Origin: Macrostomum lignano
Taxonomy: Eukaryota
Length of the DNA: 64,000 bases
Assembly: GCA_002269645.1 (NCBI GenBank)
Contig: NIVC01001371.1
Span: 62,001 to 126,000, forward strand
Direction: 5' to 3'
Of this stretch, positions 1 to 13,000 are shown piece by piece. The position numbers and the translations under genes are program-made. The notes under the pieces are model-generated. The model searched no databases and was not told the origin of the DNA. It saw nothing but the letters and a program-made list of their open reading frames with translations. The stretch's first letter is position 1. Each line of letters opens with the position of its first letter.

Positions 1-295
1 CACTCTTCACCCGACTCACTCCTCACTCAACTCACTCCTCACCCACCTCACTCCTCACCCACCTCACTCCTCACCCACCTCACTCCTCACCCACCTCACT
101 CCTCACCCACCTCACTCCTCACCCACCTCACTCCTCACTCGCCTCACTCCTCACCCACCTCACGCTTCACCCGTCTCACTCCTCACCCACCTCACTCCTC
201 ACTCGCCTCACTCCTCACCCACCTCACGCTTCACCCGTCTCACTCCTCACCCACCTCACTCCTCTCCCACCTCACTCCTCACCCGCCTCACTCTG
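1..295. repeat. 16-bp minisatellite (CACTCCTCACCCACCT)n just downstream of the TRPM stop codon
   Basis: Direct reading. Confidence 0.95.
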
Positions 296-317
296 CACCA
301 ATCTCGTGCCCCAGCCC

Positions 318-1062
318 TCAAAAGTACGCTCCGTGCTGCTGCGCCACCAGCCGCAGCAGAGTGTTGTGCGACTGTCGCATCAGCCTCCGATTGGCCACGT
401 CGATCCAGGCAACGCGCTCGCCGCTGCCGCCCTCGCGCAGGCACTCGGTCACAACGTCGTCTTCAAAATTATAATTGAAGTGTTCGTGCAAATTAACCAA
501 GTCGGTCTCCAGCCAGGCGTTGTCGCCGTTCACCCTGTCGTCGAGCAAGCCGGTGTACACTGTGCTGCAGGCCGCGGCGGTGACCGCCTCCTGCTGAATG
601 TGCAGCCGTTTGGCGCCCAGCCTGCCAGCGTCCAGAGCCTCGATGCGCTCCCGCAGCCAGGCCCGCAGCAGGTTCTGCAGGCCGCACTGGCCAACTGTCG
701 ACGAAGAAGCCGATGAAGCTGACACGGAGGCTGGACCGATACAGCTCGGCAGGCAGTGCTTGACGTGATACCACGGCAGCTGCATGCCGCCCCGACGGTC
801 CAGCACCGCCGCAACCTGCAGCACCGGCCGTCCAGCCTTCTTGGCGATGTTCTGACGATCGTCTCGTCGCCAACGAGTGACGGCCAAGTGGAGGCAGTGG
901 TTGGGACCCCACAGCGGCAGCCGGTTGCGGTCCGGTGCCCCCGGCTTGCCGCTGGGGTTCATCGGGCGGCCGGCCTCGTCAGTCACGTAGCTGGGTGGCG
1001 GCGGCGGTGGGTGGGGTTCCAACTTCTTGTTGAAATTTGCTTCCAATTTCCGCTTCAAATTA
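318..1062 (-). CDS. TRPM-like gene, last exon: NUDT9-homology (ADP-ribose pyrophosphatase-like) domain
   Basis: GRPMNP....WGPNH..HLAVTRW, VYTGLLDDRVNGDNAWLET and VAWIDV...SHNTLLRLVAQQHGAYF* align with the NUDT9 motifs GRPRNP..WGPNH, VYKGYVDDPRNTDNAWMET and the C-terminal end. Confidence 0.92.
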
Positions 1063-4000
1063 CTGACTTAGTTTTAATTAACTCAAAGAGGCTCATGTAT
1101 ATTCTATTTATTGATATATTTTGTTTAACTCTGACATCGTCTAAATTCAAAACGAATGACAAATGAGCACTAAAGAAACAGTCGGTTAAAAATATTAAAT
1201 TAGCTGATTCCTGTAAAAGTGAAACTGAGTAGCTGCATCTTCTTTTGCTAGCGATGGTGTTGATATTTCTGATTATAAAATTTAATAACTTCAAATGGTA
1301 ATCCATCGACACTTCATTCTCAATTATTATAATTGTGAAATACATTCACAATGTAGTCACTACATTTTCTACCATTGTGCATTTAAATTTCGCCGCTATG
1401 CACAAATTTGGTCTTCGCCAAAAATTTTCAAATGCCCCTGGGACGAAAGTGTCCGATTGCCCCTCGGAAGATATGTTCCAGTAAGTCTGGGACGTAATGT
1501 CCGATTTCCCTGGGACAAAGTGTCACTGTACCACTCGGACGAGATGTCCGATTTCCCTGGGACAAAGTGTCACTGTACCACTCGGGACGAAATGTCCGAT
1601 TTCCCTGGGACAAAGTGTCACTGTACCACTCGGGACGAAATGTCCGATTTCCCTGGGACAAAGTGTCAATGTACCACTCGGGACGAAATGTCTTACCGCC
1701 CAGCATGCGAGCCCCTGTGGAACCCGCTGCTCGAGTCGAATCCGTTAAAAGCTCCGGCCGCCTCGGCTCTGTCCGGCCAGTCGGAGCTGCTCCAGACTTC
1801 AGGCATCTCGGCCACTCTGGCCGAGCCGGAGTCCAGCTGGTACGGCACTAGCCTGGCCAGCTGGTGGTGCTGCAGTTTGCCGCGCCAAACTCGCGGCCGC
1901 TGCTCCTCCTCGGTCGAGTCCTCGCTGCCCAGATGGACGCTCAAGTCGTCGTCCACCGCGACCGGCTGCGATGTGGTCCGGCGATCGCTGCGAGAGCCTC
2001 CGGACAGCGTCATGGCCTGGCGACGGGTGCGCTCCTCGGACTGCTCGTACTGGTTCTGGATGATGGTCACCATCTGGGGGGGGAGGGATCAGAATCCGAT
2101 CGTGAGCATGCATTTGCGAAGGCTGAGTTTGTAACCAACTGAATAATGCAAGCAGCTATTCAATAGCATTTTGATTCTTCACAGCAACAGAAAGTCTAGA
2201 AATTAGACAAAAAATATACTGAAATAGACCCAACAGTCACAAGAACAGACACAACAGACACTAGAACAGACACACCAGAGAGACACTAGAACAGACACAA
2301 CAGACACTAGATCAGACACAACAGACACTAGATCAGACACAACAGTCACTAGAACAGACACAACAGAGAGACACTAGAACAGACACAACAGAGAGACACT
2401 AGAACAGACACAACAGTCACTAGAACAGACACAACAGAGAGACACTAGAACAGACACACCAGAGAGACACTAGAACAGACACAACAGTCACTAGAACAGA
2501 CACAACAGTCACTAGAACAGACACAACAGTCACTAGAACAGACACAACAGTCACTAGAACAGACACAACAGACACTAGAACAGACACAACAGTCACTAGA
2601 ACAGACACAACAGACACTAGAACAGACACAGCAGACACTAGAACAGACACAACTGTCACTAGAAGAGACACAATAGTCACTAGAACAGACACAACAGTCA
2701 CTAGAACAGACACAACAGTCACTAGAACAGACACAACAGAGAGACACTAGAACAGACACAACAGTCACTAGAACAGACACAACAGTCACTAGAACAGACA
2801 CAACAGTCACTAGAACAGACACAACAGTCACTAGAACAGACACAACAGAGAGACACTAGAACAGACACAACAGTCACTAGAACAGACACAACAGAGAGAC
2901 ACTAAAACAGACACAACAGACACTAGAACAGACACAACAGTCACTAGAACAGACACAACAGTCACTAGAACAGACACAACAGTCACTAGATCAGACACAA
3001 CAGTCACTAGAACAGACACAACAGAGAGACACTAAAACAGACACAACAGTCACTAGAACAGACACAACAGTCACTAGAACAGACACAACAGTCACTAGAA
3101 CAGACACAACAGTCACTAGAACAGACACAACAGAGAGACACTAGAACAGACACAACAGTCACTAGAACAGACACAACAGAGAGACACTAAAACAGACACA
3201 ACAGTCACTAGAACAGACACAACAGTCACTAGAACAGACACAACAGTCACTAGAACAGACACAACAGTCACTAGATCAGACACAACAGTCACTAGAACAG
3301 ACACAACAGAGAGACACTAGAACAGACACAACAGTCACTAGAACAGACACAACAGTCACTAGAACAGACACACCAGAGAGACACTAGAACAGACACAACA
3401 GTCACTAGAACAGACACAACAGAGAGACACTAGAACAGACACAACAGTCACTAGAACAGACACAACAGAGAGACACTAAAACAGACACAACAGTCACTAG
3501 AACAGACACAACAGTCACTAGAACAGACACAACAGTCACTAGAACAGACACAACAGTCACTAGAACAGACACAACAGTCACTAGAACAGACACAACAGAC
3601 ACTAGAACAGACACAACAGACACTAGAACAGACACAGCAGACACTAGAACAGACACAACTGTCACTAGAAGAGACACAACAGACACTAGAACAGACACAA
3701 CAGACACTAGAACAGACACAACAGAGAGACACTAGAACAGACACAACAGACACTAGAACAGACACAACAGAGAGACACTAGAACAGACACAACAGTCACT
3801 AGAACAGACACAACAGAGAGACACTAGAACAGACACAACAGACACTAAAACAGACACAACAGACACTAGAACAGACACAACAGAGAGACACTAGAACAGA
3901 CACAACAGTCACTAGAACAGACACACCAGAGAGACACTAGAACAGACACAACAGACACTAGATCAGACACAACAGACACTAGATCAGACACAACAGTCAC

Positions 4001-7000
4001 TAGAACAGACACAACAGAGAGACACTAGAACAGACACAACAGAGAGACACTAGAACAGACACAACAGTCACTAGAACAGACACAACAGTCACTAGAACAG
4101 ACACACCAGAGAGACACTAGAACAGACACAACAGTCACTAGAACAGACACAACAGTCACTAGAACAGACACAACAGTCACTAGAACAGACACAACAGAGA
4201 GACACTAGAACAGACACACCAGTCACTAGATCAGACACAACAGTCACTAGAACAGACACAACAGAGAGACACTAGAACAGACACAACAGTCACTAGAACA
4301 GACACAACAGACTAGATCAGACACAACAGTCACTAGAACAGACACAACAGACTAGATCAGACACAACAGTCACTAGAACAGACACAACAGAGAGACACTA
4401 GAACAGACACAACAGACACTAGATCAGACACAACAGTCACTAGAACAGACACACCAGAGAGACACTAGAACAGACACAACAGTCACTAGAACAGACACAC
4501 CAGAGAGACACTAGAACAGACACAACAGTCACTAGAACAGACACAACAGAGAGACACTAAAACAGACACAACAGTCACTAGAACAGACACAACAGAGAGA
4601 CACTAGAACAGACACAACAGTCACTAGAACAGACACAACAGTCACTAGAATAGACACAACAGCTCCGACACTAACCAGCTGACACAATCCTTAGAAACAC
4701 AGGCTCGAGTCCCGGACTCACCTCGTAATGCCTCTCACCCATAGACTTGGCCAGATTGGCCACCATCTCCGCCAGCTCCTCAAGCCGTCGCTCAACATTA
4801 TCGATTCGCTTCACATTCACCTCGACTTCGCGAATCGAATCGCGAAACAGGTCGCCAAGGCCTTCCTGAACTGAGTCCAGCTCCTTCTTCATGTTGGTGG
4901 CGTTGCCGCCCACCCCGCCAGCCCGGACAATGGTCCTGGTGTCCGACTTGCGCCGTCGTTTCGGATCGTCCTGGCCGCGCAGAAACTCAACGGCACGAAT
5001 GTGCTCCCACTGCATCAGCTGACGCTCTCGCTGCCTGTTGCCAGAGTAACTGCGCTCTGGAATATTGAGATTGTTGGCCATAGACGTCTAAAAGCTAGGC
5101 GTCTGTATTGGAAGCTTAATTTTCCGAATCAAGGATCCCTCAGTCTGGGTAAGCTACTTAGTCTGACTTTAACCTCTATCTTACTGTTCTCTGATTGGCT
5201 GAGCCAGATTGGGCCCCCTCTCTAAGCTGGGCTTCGTCCGTCTAACTTTGACCTCTCTCGATCCTTACTGTTCTCTCATTGGCTGAGCTACAAGTAGATT
5301 GGGCCTGCCCCCTAGGCTGAGTTTCGTCCGTCCTGTGTTCACTTGTGTACATAGAGTTAAATGCCCGTACGCTCCTGAGGCCGAAAACCCGGAGGAAGGA
5401 AGGAAATTTTAGCTGCCACATCAACTTTAGGTGCCAATGTGCAGAAAACTACTGAAAAAGAGTAGACGTTCTGCTTTTCAATAACTTTACTTGAAAGTGA
5501 TATATCTGGCAGTCTACTCGTAGTATCACTGGTTGAAAGTTTGATGCACAAAAGGTTGGGAATATTAGTAGTAAACAGTGCTGTTACTGTCACCTTAGTA
5601 CTCCAAGCACTTACTAAATGGTCCGTTTTCGAATACCCGATGTCCGCGACAGCGCTGCACGAGCACGTACAGTACAAAGACCAGGTGCCACACTATAATT
5701 AGAGGCGGAGCTATCGGACTGCGTTCGGTGTATTCTCGCATGATCATGTACCGCTGCAGGGTCCAGTGCTGTGTGCTGGAGCTCTGTATCTCCTCGTAGG
5801 TGTGCCTGGTTGGGTTGGTGGAGTGTTGGTGGCTTTAGTAACGTGTCTGCGGCATTGAGTGGGGGTTATCCAGAATTTAGGTGGATAAGGGGGGTAGGCT
5901 ATCCACTACCCCAATGGATGGGGGTAGGAGTGTCTGCGGCTATCCACAATGGGGTAGGCTATCCACAATGGGGGGGTAGGCTATCCAGAATGGGGGTAGG
6001 CTATCCACAATGGGGGTTAGGCTATACACGATGGGGGGTAGGCTATCCATAATGGGGGTAGGCTATCCAAAATGGGGGGTAGGCTATCCACAATGGAGGG
6101 TAGGCTATACACGGTGGGGGTAGGCTATCCACAATGGGGGGTAGGCTATCCACAATGGGGGGTAGGCTATCCACAATGGGGGGTAGGCTATCCACAATGG
6201 GGGTTAGGCTATACACGATGGGGGGTAGGCTATCCATAATGGGGGTAGGCTATCCAAAATGGGGGGTAGGCTATCCACAATGGAGGGTAGGCTATACACG
6301 GTGGGGGTAGGCTATCCACAATGGGGGGTAGGCTATCCACAATGGGGGGTAGGCTATCCACAATGGGGGGTAGGCTATCCACAATGGGGGGTAGGCTATC
6401 CACAATGGGGCCGGGGGTAGGCTATCCACAATGGGGGGTAGGCTATCCACAATGGGGGGTAGGCTATCCACAATGGGGGGTAGGCTATCCATAATGGGGC
6501 CGGGGGTAGGCTATCTACAATGAGGGTAGGCTATCCATAATGGGGGGTAAGCTATCCACAATAGAAAACTCACGAAAACGTTGCGATCAGCAGGTTGAGC
6601 AGGAGCACATTGGTGAGCACAATGTGAACTCCGAGCAGAATCGGTGCCAGCCATTTGCCCCAGATGTCTGGACAGCCCACGCTTGAGGTTTTGCACTGCT
6701 CGGCTTAGAAATAAATTATTTGGCGTTATCAGTCAGTTTGGAATGTTGAGTAGGTAAGACAAATTCGGTGACTATTTTTGTATTCGGTGACTATTTGTAC
6801 TATCTTTGTGATAAGTACATGTAGCGTGATTATCTCTTTGTTATCTCAGTGTGATACTCCTGTCACTAGCATGATTATCTTTGTCATCTCAGTGTGATGC
6901 TCTTGTCACTAGCATGATTATCTTTGTTTTCTCAGTGTGATACTCCTGTCACTAGCATGATTATCTTTGTTTTCTCAGTGTGATGCCCCTGTCACTAGCA

Positions 7001-10000
7001 TGATTATCTTTGTTTTCTCAGTGTGATGCTCCTGTCATTAGCATGATTATCTTTGTCATCTCAGTGTGATGCTCTTGTCATTAGCATGATTATCTTTGTT
7101 TTCTCAGTGTGATGCCCCTGTCATTAGCATGATTATCTTTGTCATCTCAGTGTGATGCTCTTGTCATTAGCATGATTATCTTTGTTTTCTCAGTGTGATG
7201 CCCCTGTCACTAGCATGATTATCTTTGTTTTCTCAGTGTGATACTCCTGTCACTAGCATTATTATCTTTGATTTCTCAGTGTGATGCCCCTGTCACTAGC
7301 ATGATTATCTTTGTTTTCTCAGTGTGATGCTCCTGTCATTAGCATGATTATCTTTGTCATCTCAGTGTGATGCTCTTGTCATTAGCATGATTATCTTTGT
7401 TTTCTCAGTGTGATGCCCCTGCCACTAGCATGATTATCTTTGATTTCTCAGTGTGATTCCCCTGTCATTAGCATGATTATCTTTGTCATCTCAGTGTGAT
7501 GCCCCTGTCATTAGCATGATTATCTTTGTCATCTCAGTGTGATTCCCCTGTCATTAGCATGATTATCTTTGTCATCTCAGTGTGCTGCTCCTGTCATTAG
7601 CATGATTATCTTTGTCATCTCAGTGTGATGCCCCTGTCATTAGCATGATTATCTTTGTCATCTCAGTGTGATGCCCCTGTCTCTAGCTGATTATCCTTGT
7701 TATCGTGGCAATCGTACAAATAATATTCATGCTTTTTATTTACATATAGAAAATCACTTACTTAAAGTAGTCACTGAAAGGGGAAATTTGGAATGGATTA
7801 TAAAATTGGTTTGCTTTGTTTCCAGCTAATTACGCTCGTAAATTAATAATCTAGAAGTGGCTCACCATCCCCAGACATCATATCCACTTTGAGTTCGCCG
7901 AACACCTGAAAATATGACGTCTTCATTATTGCCATAAGTTCGCTCATTGACTCGGCGATTGACAGGCTGCTCTTAGGGAACAGGATGCTGGACCACATGA
8001 TGGCGTAGGCCAGGATAAACAGCAGAAAGATGACCAGAAATGGCAGCAGGTCTTTGACGATCTGTGCGCAACGCCAGGGGATTTGGACGAAGGAATCTCA
8101 GGAATCTTACGAGCTTTTGTACTCATTTAGAGTTATTTTGTGTCTATAACCCAGTTTTAATGACTCAATATGTCTATGACTTGATGTTTCTATGACTCAA
8201 TGTGTCTGACTCAATTTATCTATTACCCAATGTGTCTATGACTCAATGTGTCTATGACTTGATGTGTCTATGACTCATGTGTCTATGACTCAATGTGTCT
8301 ATGACTTGATGTGTCTATGACTCATGTGTCTATGACTCAATGTGTCTATGACTCATGTTTCTATGACTCAATGTGTCTGACTCAATTTATCTATTACCCA
8401 ATGTGTCTATGACTCAATGTGTCTATGACTTGATGTTTCTATGACTCAATGTGTCTATGACTCAATGTGTCTATGACCATGTGTCTATGACTCATGTGTC
8501 TATGACTCAATGTGTCTATGACTCATGTGTCTATGACTCAATGTGTCTATGACTCATGTGTCGGACTCAATTTATCTATTACCCAATGTTTCCATGACTA
8601 AATTAATCTATTACCTAATGTGTCTATGACCCTTTTTTCTATGACTCAGTATTTCTATGATCCAATATTTCTGTGAACCAATGTGTCTATGACATTATGC
8701 TTTAATGACTTAATGTGTCTTTGACGTAATTTGTCAATTATCTAATCTAATCTATTACCTAATTGATCCAATGCGTCCATGATTGAATTAATCTAATGCC
8801 CAACGTACCTCTGACTAAATCTGTCTATGACTCATTTGATTTATTAACTAATGTGTCTATGACTCAATGTCGATGACTTGTCTACGACTCAATGTCTATG
8901 ACTTATCTATGGCTTAATGTCTATGACTTGTCTACGACTCAATGTCTATGACTTGTCTATGACTCAATGTCTATGACTTGTCTACGACTCAATGTCTATG
9001 ACTTATCTATGACTCAATGTATATGACTTTTCTATGACTCAATTTATCTATTAACTAATTTGTCTATAACTCAATGTGTCTATGGCTCAATTTATTATCT
9101 AATTGGTCTATGATTGGTCAATGTGTTTATTATTCAGTGTTTCTATGACTCAATTTGTCTATGACTAAATTTGTCTATGACTCAATTAGTCTATGACTCA
9201 ATTAGTCTATGACTCAACTTATCTAACTGTTTATGATCTGTTCAGATTGCAGCAACCAGCACCAGCGCAGCACTCACCATATTCTGAATCATGACAACTT
9301 TGGGGCCCAAGCTGACGTGAATGGAGAACACCTGCAGTATACGAATATAGAAAATGAAGAGCGCTATGCACAGGCAGATTCGGCTCAACCGGATCAGCGT
9401 CTCCTTGGCGCTCTTCAACGCGGCAACGTCAGTGCCGGTGACGAACAGCTGCTGCACCACGCTGTCCATCGATCGCATTATGAAGAAACAGCTGCCGATG
9501 AGGAACAGCAGCACGGCCATAATGTCCATGATGTTCCACATGTCTGACACGTACGACCGGAACGAGGTCCCGGACAGGGCGGCCTGACGGATCTCCTCAA
9601 GGCCGAGGGACACCACCCAGACTAGGAGCAGCAGGTGGATCGCCGACCAGTTGTCCATGCCGTTGTCGAAAAGGAATAGCATGACGTAGGAGTAAATTCC
9701 CAGGAAGATCAGGTACGCCAGCTGCGTGCGAAGTGCGTGTAAGACTACTAGCGTTAAAGAGGGTGCAGCCCGTCAAATTATGGAAATTTTTAAATGCTCT
9801 AAACTTCACAAGCTCGAAACTACACCAGCTCGAAATTTCACAAGCTCGAAACTTCACAAGCTCGAAATTTCACAAGATCAAAACATCACAAGCTCGAAAT
9901 TTCACAAGATCAAAACATCACAAGCTCGAAGCTTCACAAACTCGAAACTCCACAAGCTCGAAGACTCACAAGTTTAAAACAACACAAGCTCGAAGACTCA

Positions 10001-13000
10001 CAAGTTTAAAACAACACAAGCCCGAAGACTCACAAGTTTAAAAAAACACAAGCCCGAAGACTCACAAGTTTAAAAAAACACAAGCCCGAAGACTCACAAG
10101 TTTAAAACAACACAAGCTCGAAGACTCAAAAGTTTAAAACAACACAAGCTCGAAGACTGAAAACTTCAAAAACGTCACGAGCGTCGACAATACAAAATAT
10201 CAAGTTTATGACGTTTCGATATTTTAAAGTTTCGAAACACATTGCCCATCAATTTTTTGTTATAGTAAACAGCGTCAAATCTCATTTTATGAGCGTAATA
10301 AAATTTCAAAACATTTCGCTCTTTAAATCTTGTCAGTAGAAGAATTCCTTCACTGCACTACTCACAGTAGAGTAAATGAATCGAACCACCGGAGCGAAGT
10401 AGAAATCCAGAATGCGAGTTGCGAATTCTCGGGGTGACAGGCAACGGCAGCGGCGACTTCTGCGAATCATGGTTTTGGTTGAAACAAATCCAGTTATAAT
10501 TCTGTCGGTTTGTAGGATTTTGAAATTTTGACATAATGACAGAGAAGGGAAATCAGGGATTTCTTTGTTCATTGCTCAATGTGTCTGCTTCCCAATGTGT
10601 CTGCTTCCCACCAATGTGTCTGCTTCCCAATGTGTCTGCTTCCCAATGTGTCTGCTTCCCACCAATGTGTCTGCTTCCCAATGTGTCTGCTTCCCAATGT
10701 GTCTGCTTCCCAATGTGTCTGCTTCCCAATGTGTCTGCTTCCCAATGTGTCTGCTTCCCAATGTGTCTGCTTCCCAATGTGTCTGCTTCCCAATGTGTCT
10801 GCTTCCCAATGTGTCTGCTTCCCAATGTGTCTGCTTCCCAATGTGTCTGCTTCCCAATGTGTCTGCTTCCCAATGTGTCTGCTTCCCAATGTGTCTGCTT
10901 CCCAATGTGTCTGCTTCCCAATGTGTCTGCTTCCCAATGTGTCTGCTTCCCAATGTGTCTGCTTCCCAATGTGTCTGCTTCCCAATGTGTCTGCTTCCCA
11001 ATGTGTCTGCTTCCCAATGTGTCTGCTTCCCAATGTGTCTGCTTCCCAATGTGTCTGCTTCCCAATGTGTCTGCTTCCCAATGTGTCTGCTTCCCAATGT
11101 GTCTGCTTCCCAATGTGTCTGCTTCCCAATGTGTCTGCTTCCCAATGTGTCTGCTTCCCAATGTGTCTGCTTCCCAATGTGTCTGCTTCCCAATGTGTCT
11201 GCTTCCCAATGTGTCTGCTTCCCAATGTGTCTGCTTCCCAATGTGTCTGCTTCCCAATGTGTCTGCTTCCCAATGTGTCTGCTTCCCAATGTGTCTGCTT
11301 CCCAATGTGTCTGCTTCCCAATGTGTCTGCTTCCCAATGTGTCTGCTTCCCAATGTGTCTGCTTCCCAATGTGTCTGCTTCCCAATGTGTCTGCTTCCCA
11401 ATGTGTCTGCTTCCCAATGTGTCTGCTTCCCAATGTGTCTGCTTCCCAATGTGTCTGCTTCCCAATGTGTCTGCTTCCCAATGTGTCTGCTTCCCAATGT
11501 GTCTGCTTCCCAATGTGTCTGCTTCCCAATGTGTCTGCTTCCCAATGTGTCTGCTTCCCAATGTGTCTGCTTCCCAATGTGTCTGCTTCCCAATGTGTCT
11601 GCTTCCCAATGTGTCTGCTTCCCAATGTGTCTGCTTCCCAATGTGTCTGCTTCCCAATGTGTCTGCTTCCCAATGTGTCTGCTTCCCAATGTGTCTGCTT
11701 CCCAATGTGTCTGCTTCCCAATGTGTCTGCTTCCCAATGTGTCTGCTTCCCAATGTGCCTATATCACAATGTGCTTATATCCCAATGTGCCTATATCACA
11801 ATGTGCTTATATCCCAATGTGCCTATATCCCAATGTGCTTATATCCCAATGTGCCTATATCCCAATGTGCCTATATCCCAATGTGCCTATATCCCAATGT
11901 GCCTATATCCCAATGTGCCTATATCCCAATGTGCCTATATCCCAATGTGCCTATATCCCAATGTGCCTATATCCCAATGTGCCTATATCCCAATGTGCCT
12001 ATATCCCAATGTGCCTATATCCCAATGTGCCTATATCCCAATGTGCCTATATCCCAATGTGCCTATATCCCAATGTGCCTATATCCCAATGTGCCTATAT
12101 CCCAATGTGCCTATATCCCAATGTGCCTATATCCCAATGTGCCTATATCCCAATGTGCCTATATCCCAATGTGCCTATATCCCAATGTGCCTATATCCCA
12201 ATGTGCCTATATCCCAATGTGCCTATATCCCAATGTGCCTATATCCCAATGTGCCTATATCCCAATGTGCCTATATCCCAATGTGCCTATATCCCAATGT
12301 GCCTATATCCCAATGTGCCTATATCCCAATGTGCCTATATCCCAATGTGCCTATATCCCAATGTGCCTATATCCCAATGTGCCTATATCCCAATGTGCCT
12401 ATATCCCAATGTGCCTATATCCCAATGTGCCTATATCCCAATGTGCCTATATCCCAATGTGCCTATATCCCAATGTGCCTATATCCCAATGTGCCTATAT
12501 CCCAATGTGCCTATATCCCAACTCCGTGACTCTCTTCATCACCTGTCAGGCAGCCGGTCTCCAGTCTCCGGGTCTACTTTGTTTTTCTTTAAGCCCGACT
12601 TTCGCCCAGTCGCCGTGGCGGCCGCTGCGGCGGCGGCGATGCTTTTTTGTCTGGCGGCACCGGCTGAGCCGCCGCCGGAGGTCTCGGAGGGGCGTTCGGG
12701 CGAGCCGCCGACGCCATCGAGCTCGTCGCAGCTGAACTTGATCACCAGTGCCAGCAGCGGAGGGCAGGCGAGGCCGCAGCCGAGACCGCAGAAAAACTGC
12801 GTGAGTTGAGCAGTTAAAATGTTTTTACGACTCAGAGTAGCTCAACGGTCGATTTGATACTGCCCCCCCATGAGCCACAGCATTTCAGCAATCCCCTTAT
12901 GAGTATTGACATCTCAGCAACTCAAGCACCCTCAAAATGCGTGCTCAGGGCTCAGCAGAATGGGGCGTGCATGACTGCACCGACCGCTGCCTTGATTTGC

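Noticed and set aside
10536-12809. Long Cys-rich ORFs (up to 757 aa) on both strands
   Set aside because: Products of stop-free 16-bp repeats inside a TRPM intron.
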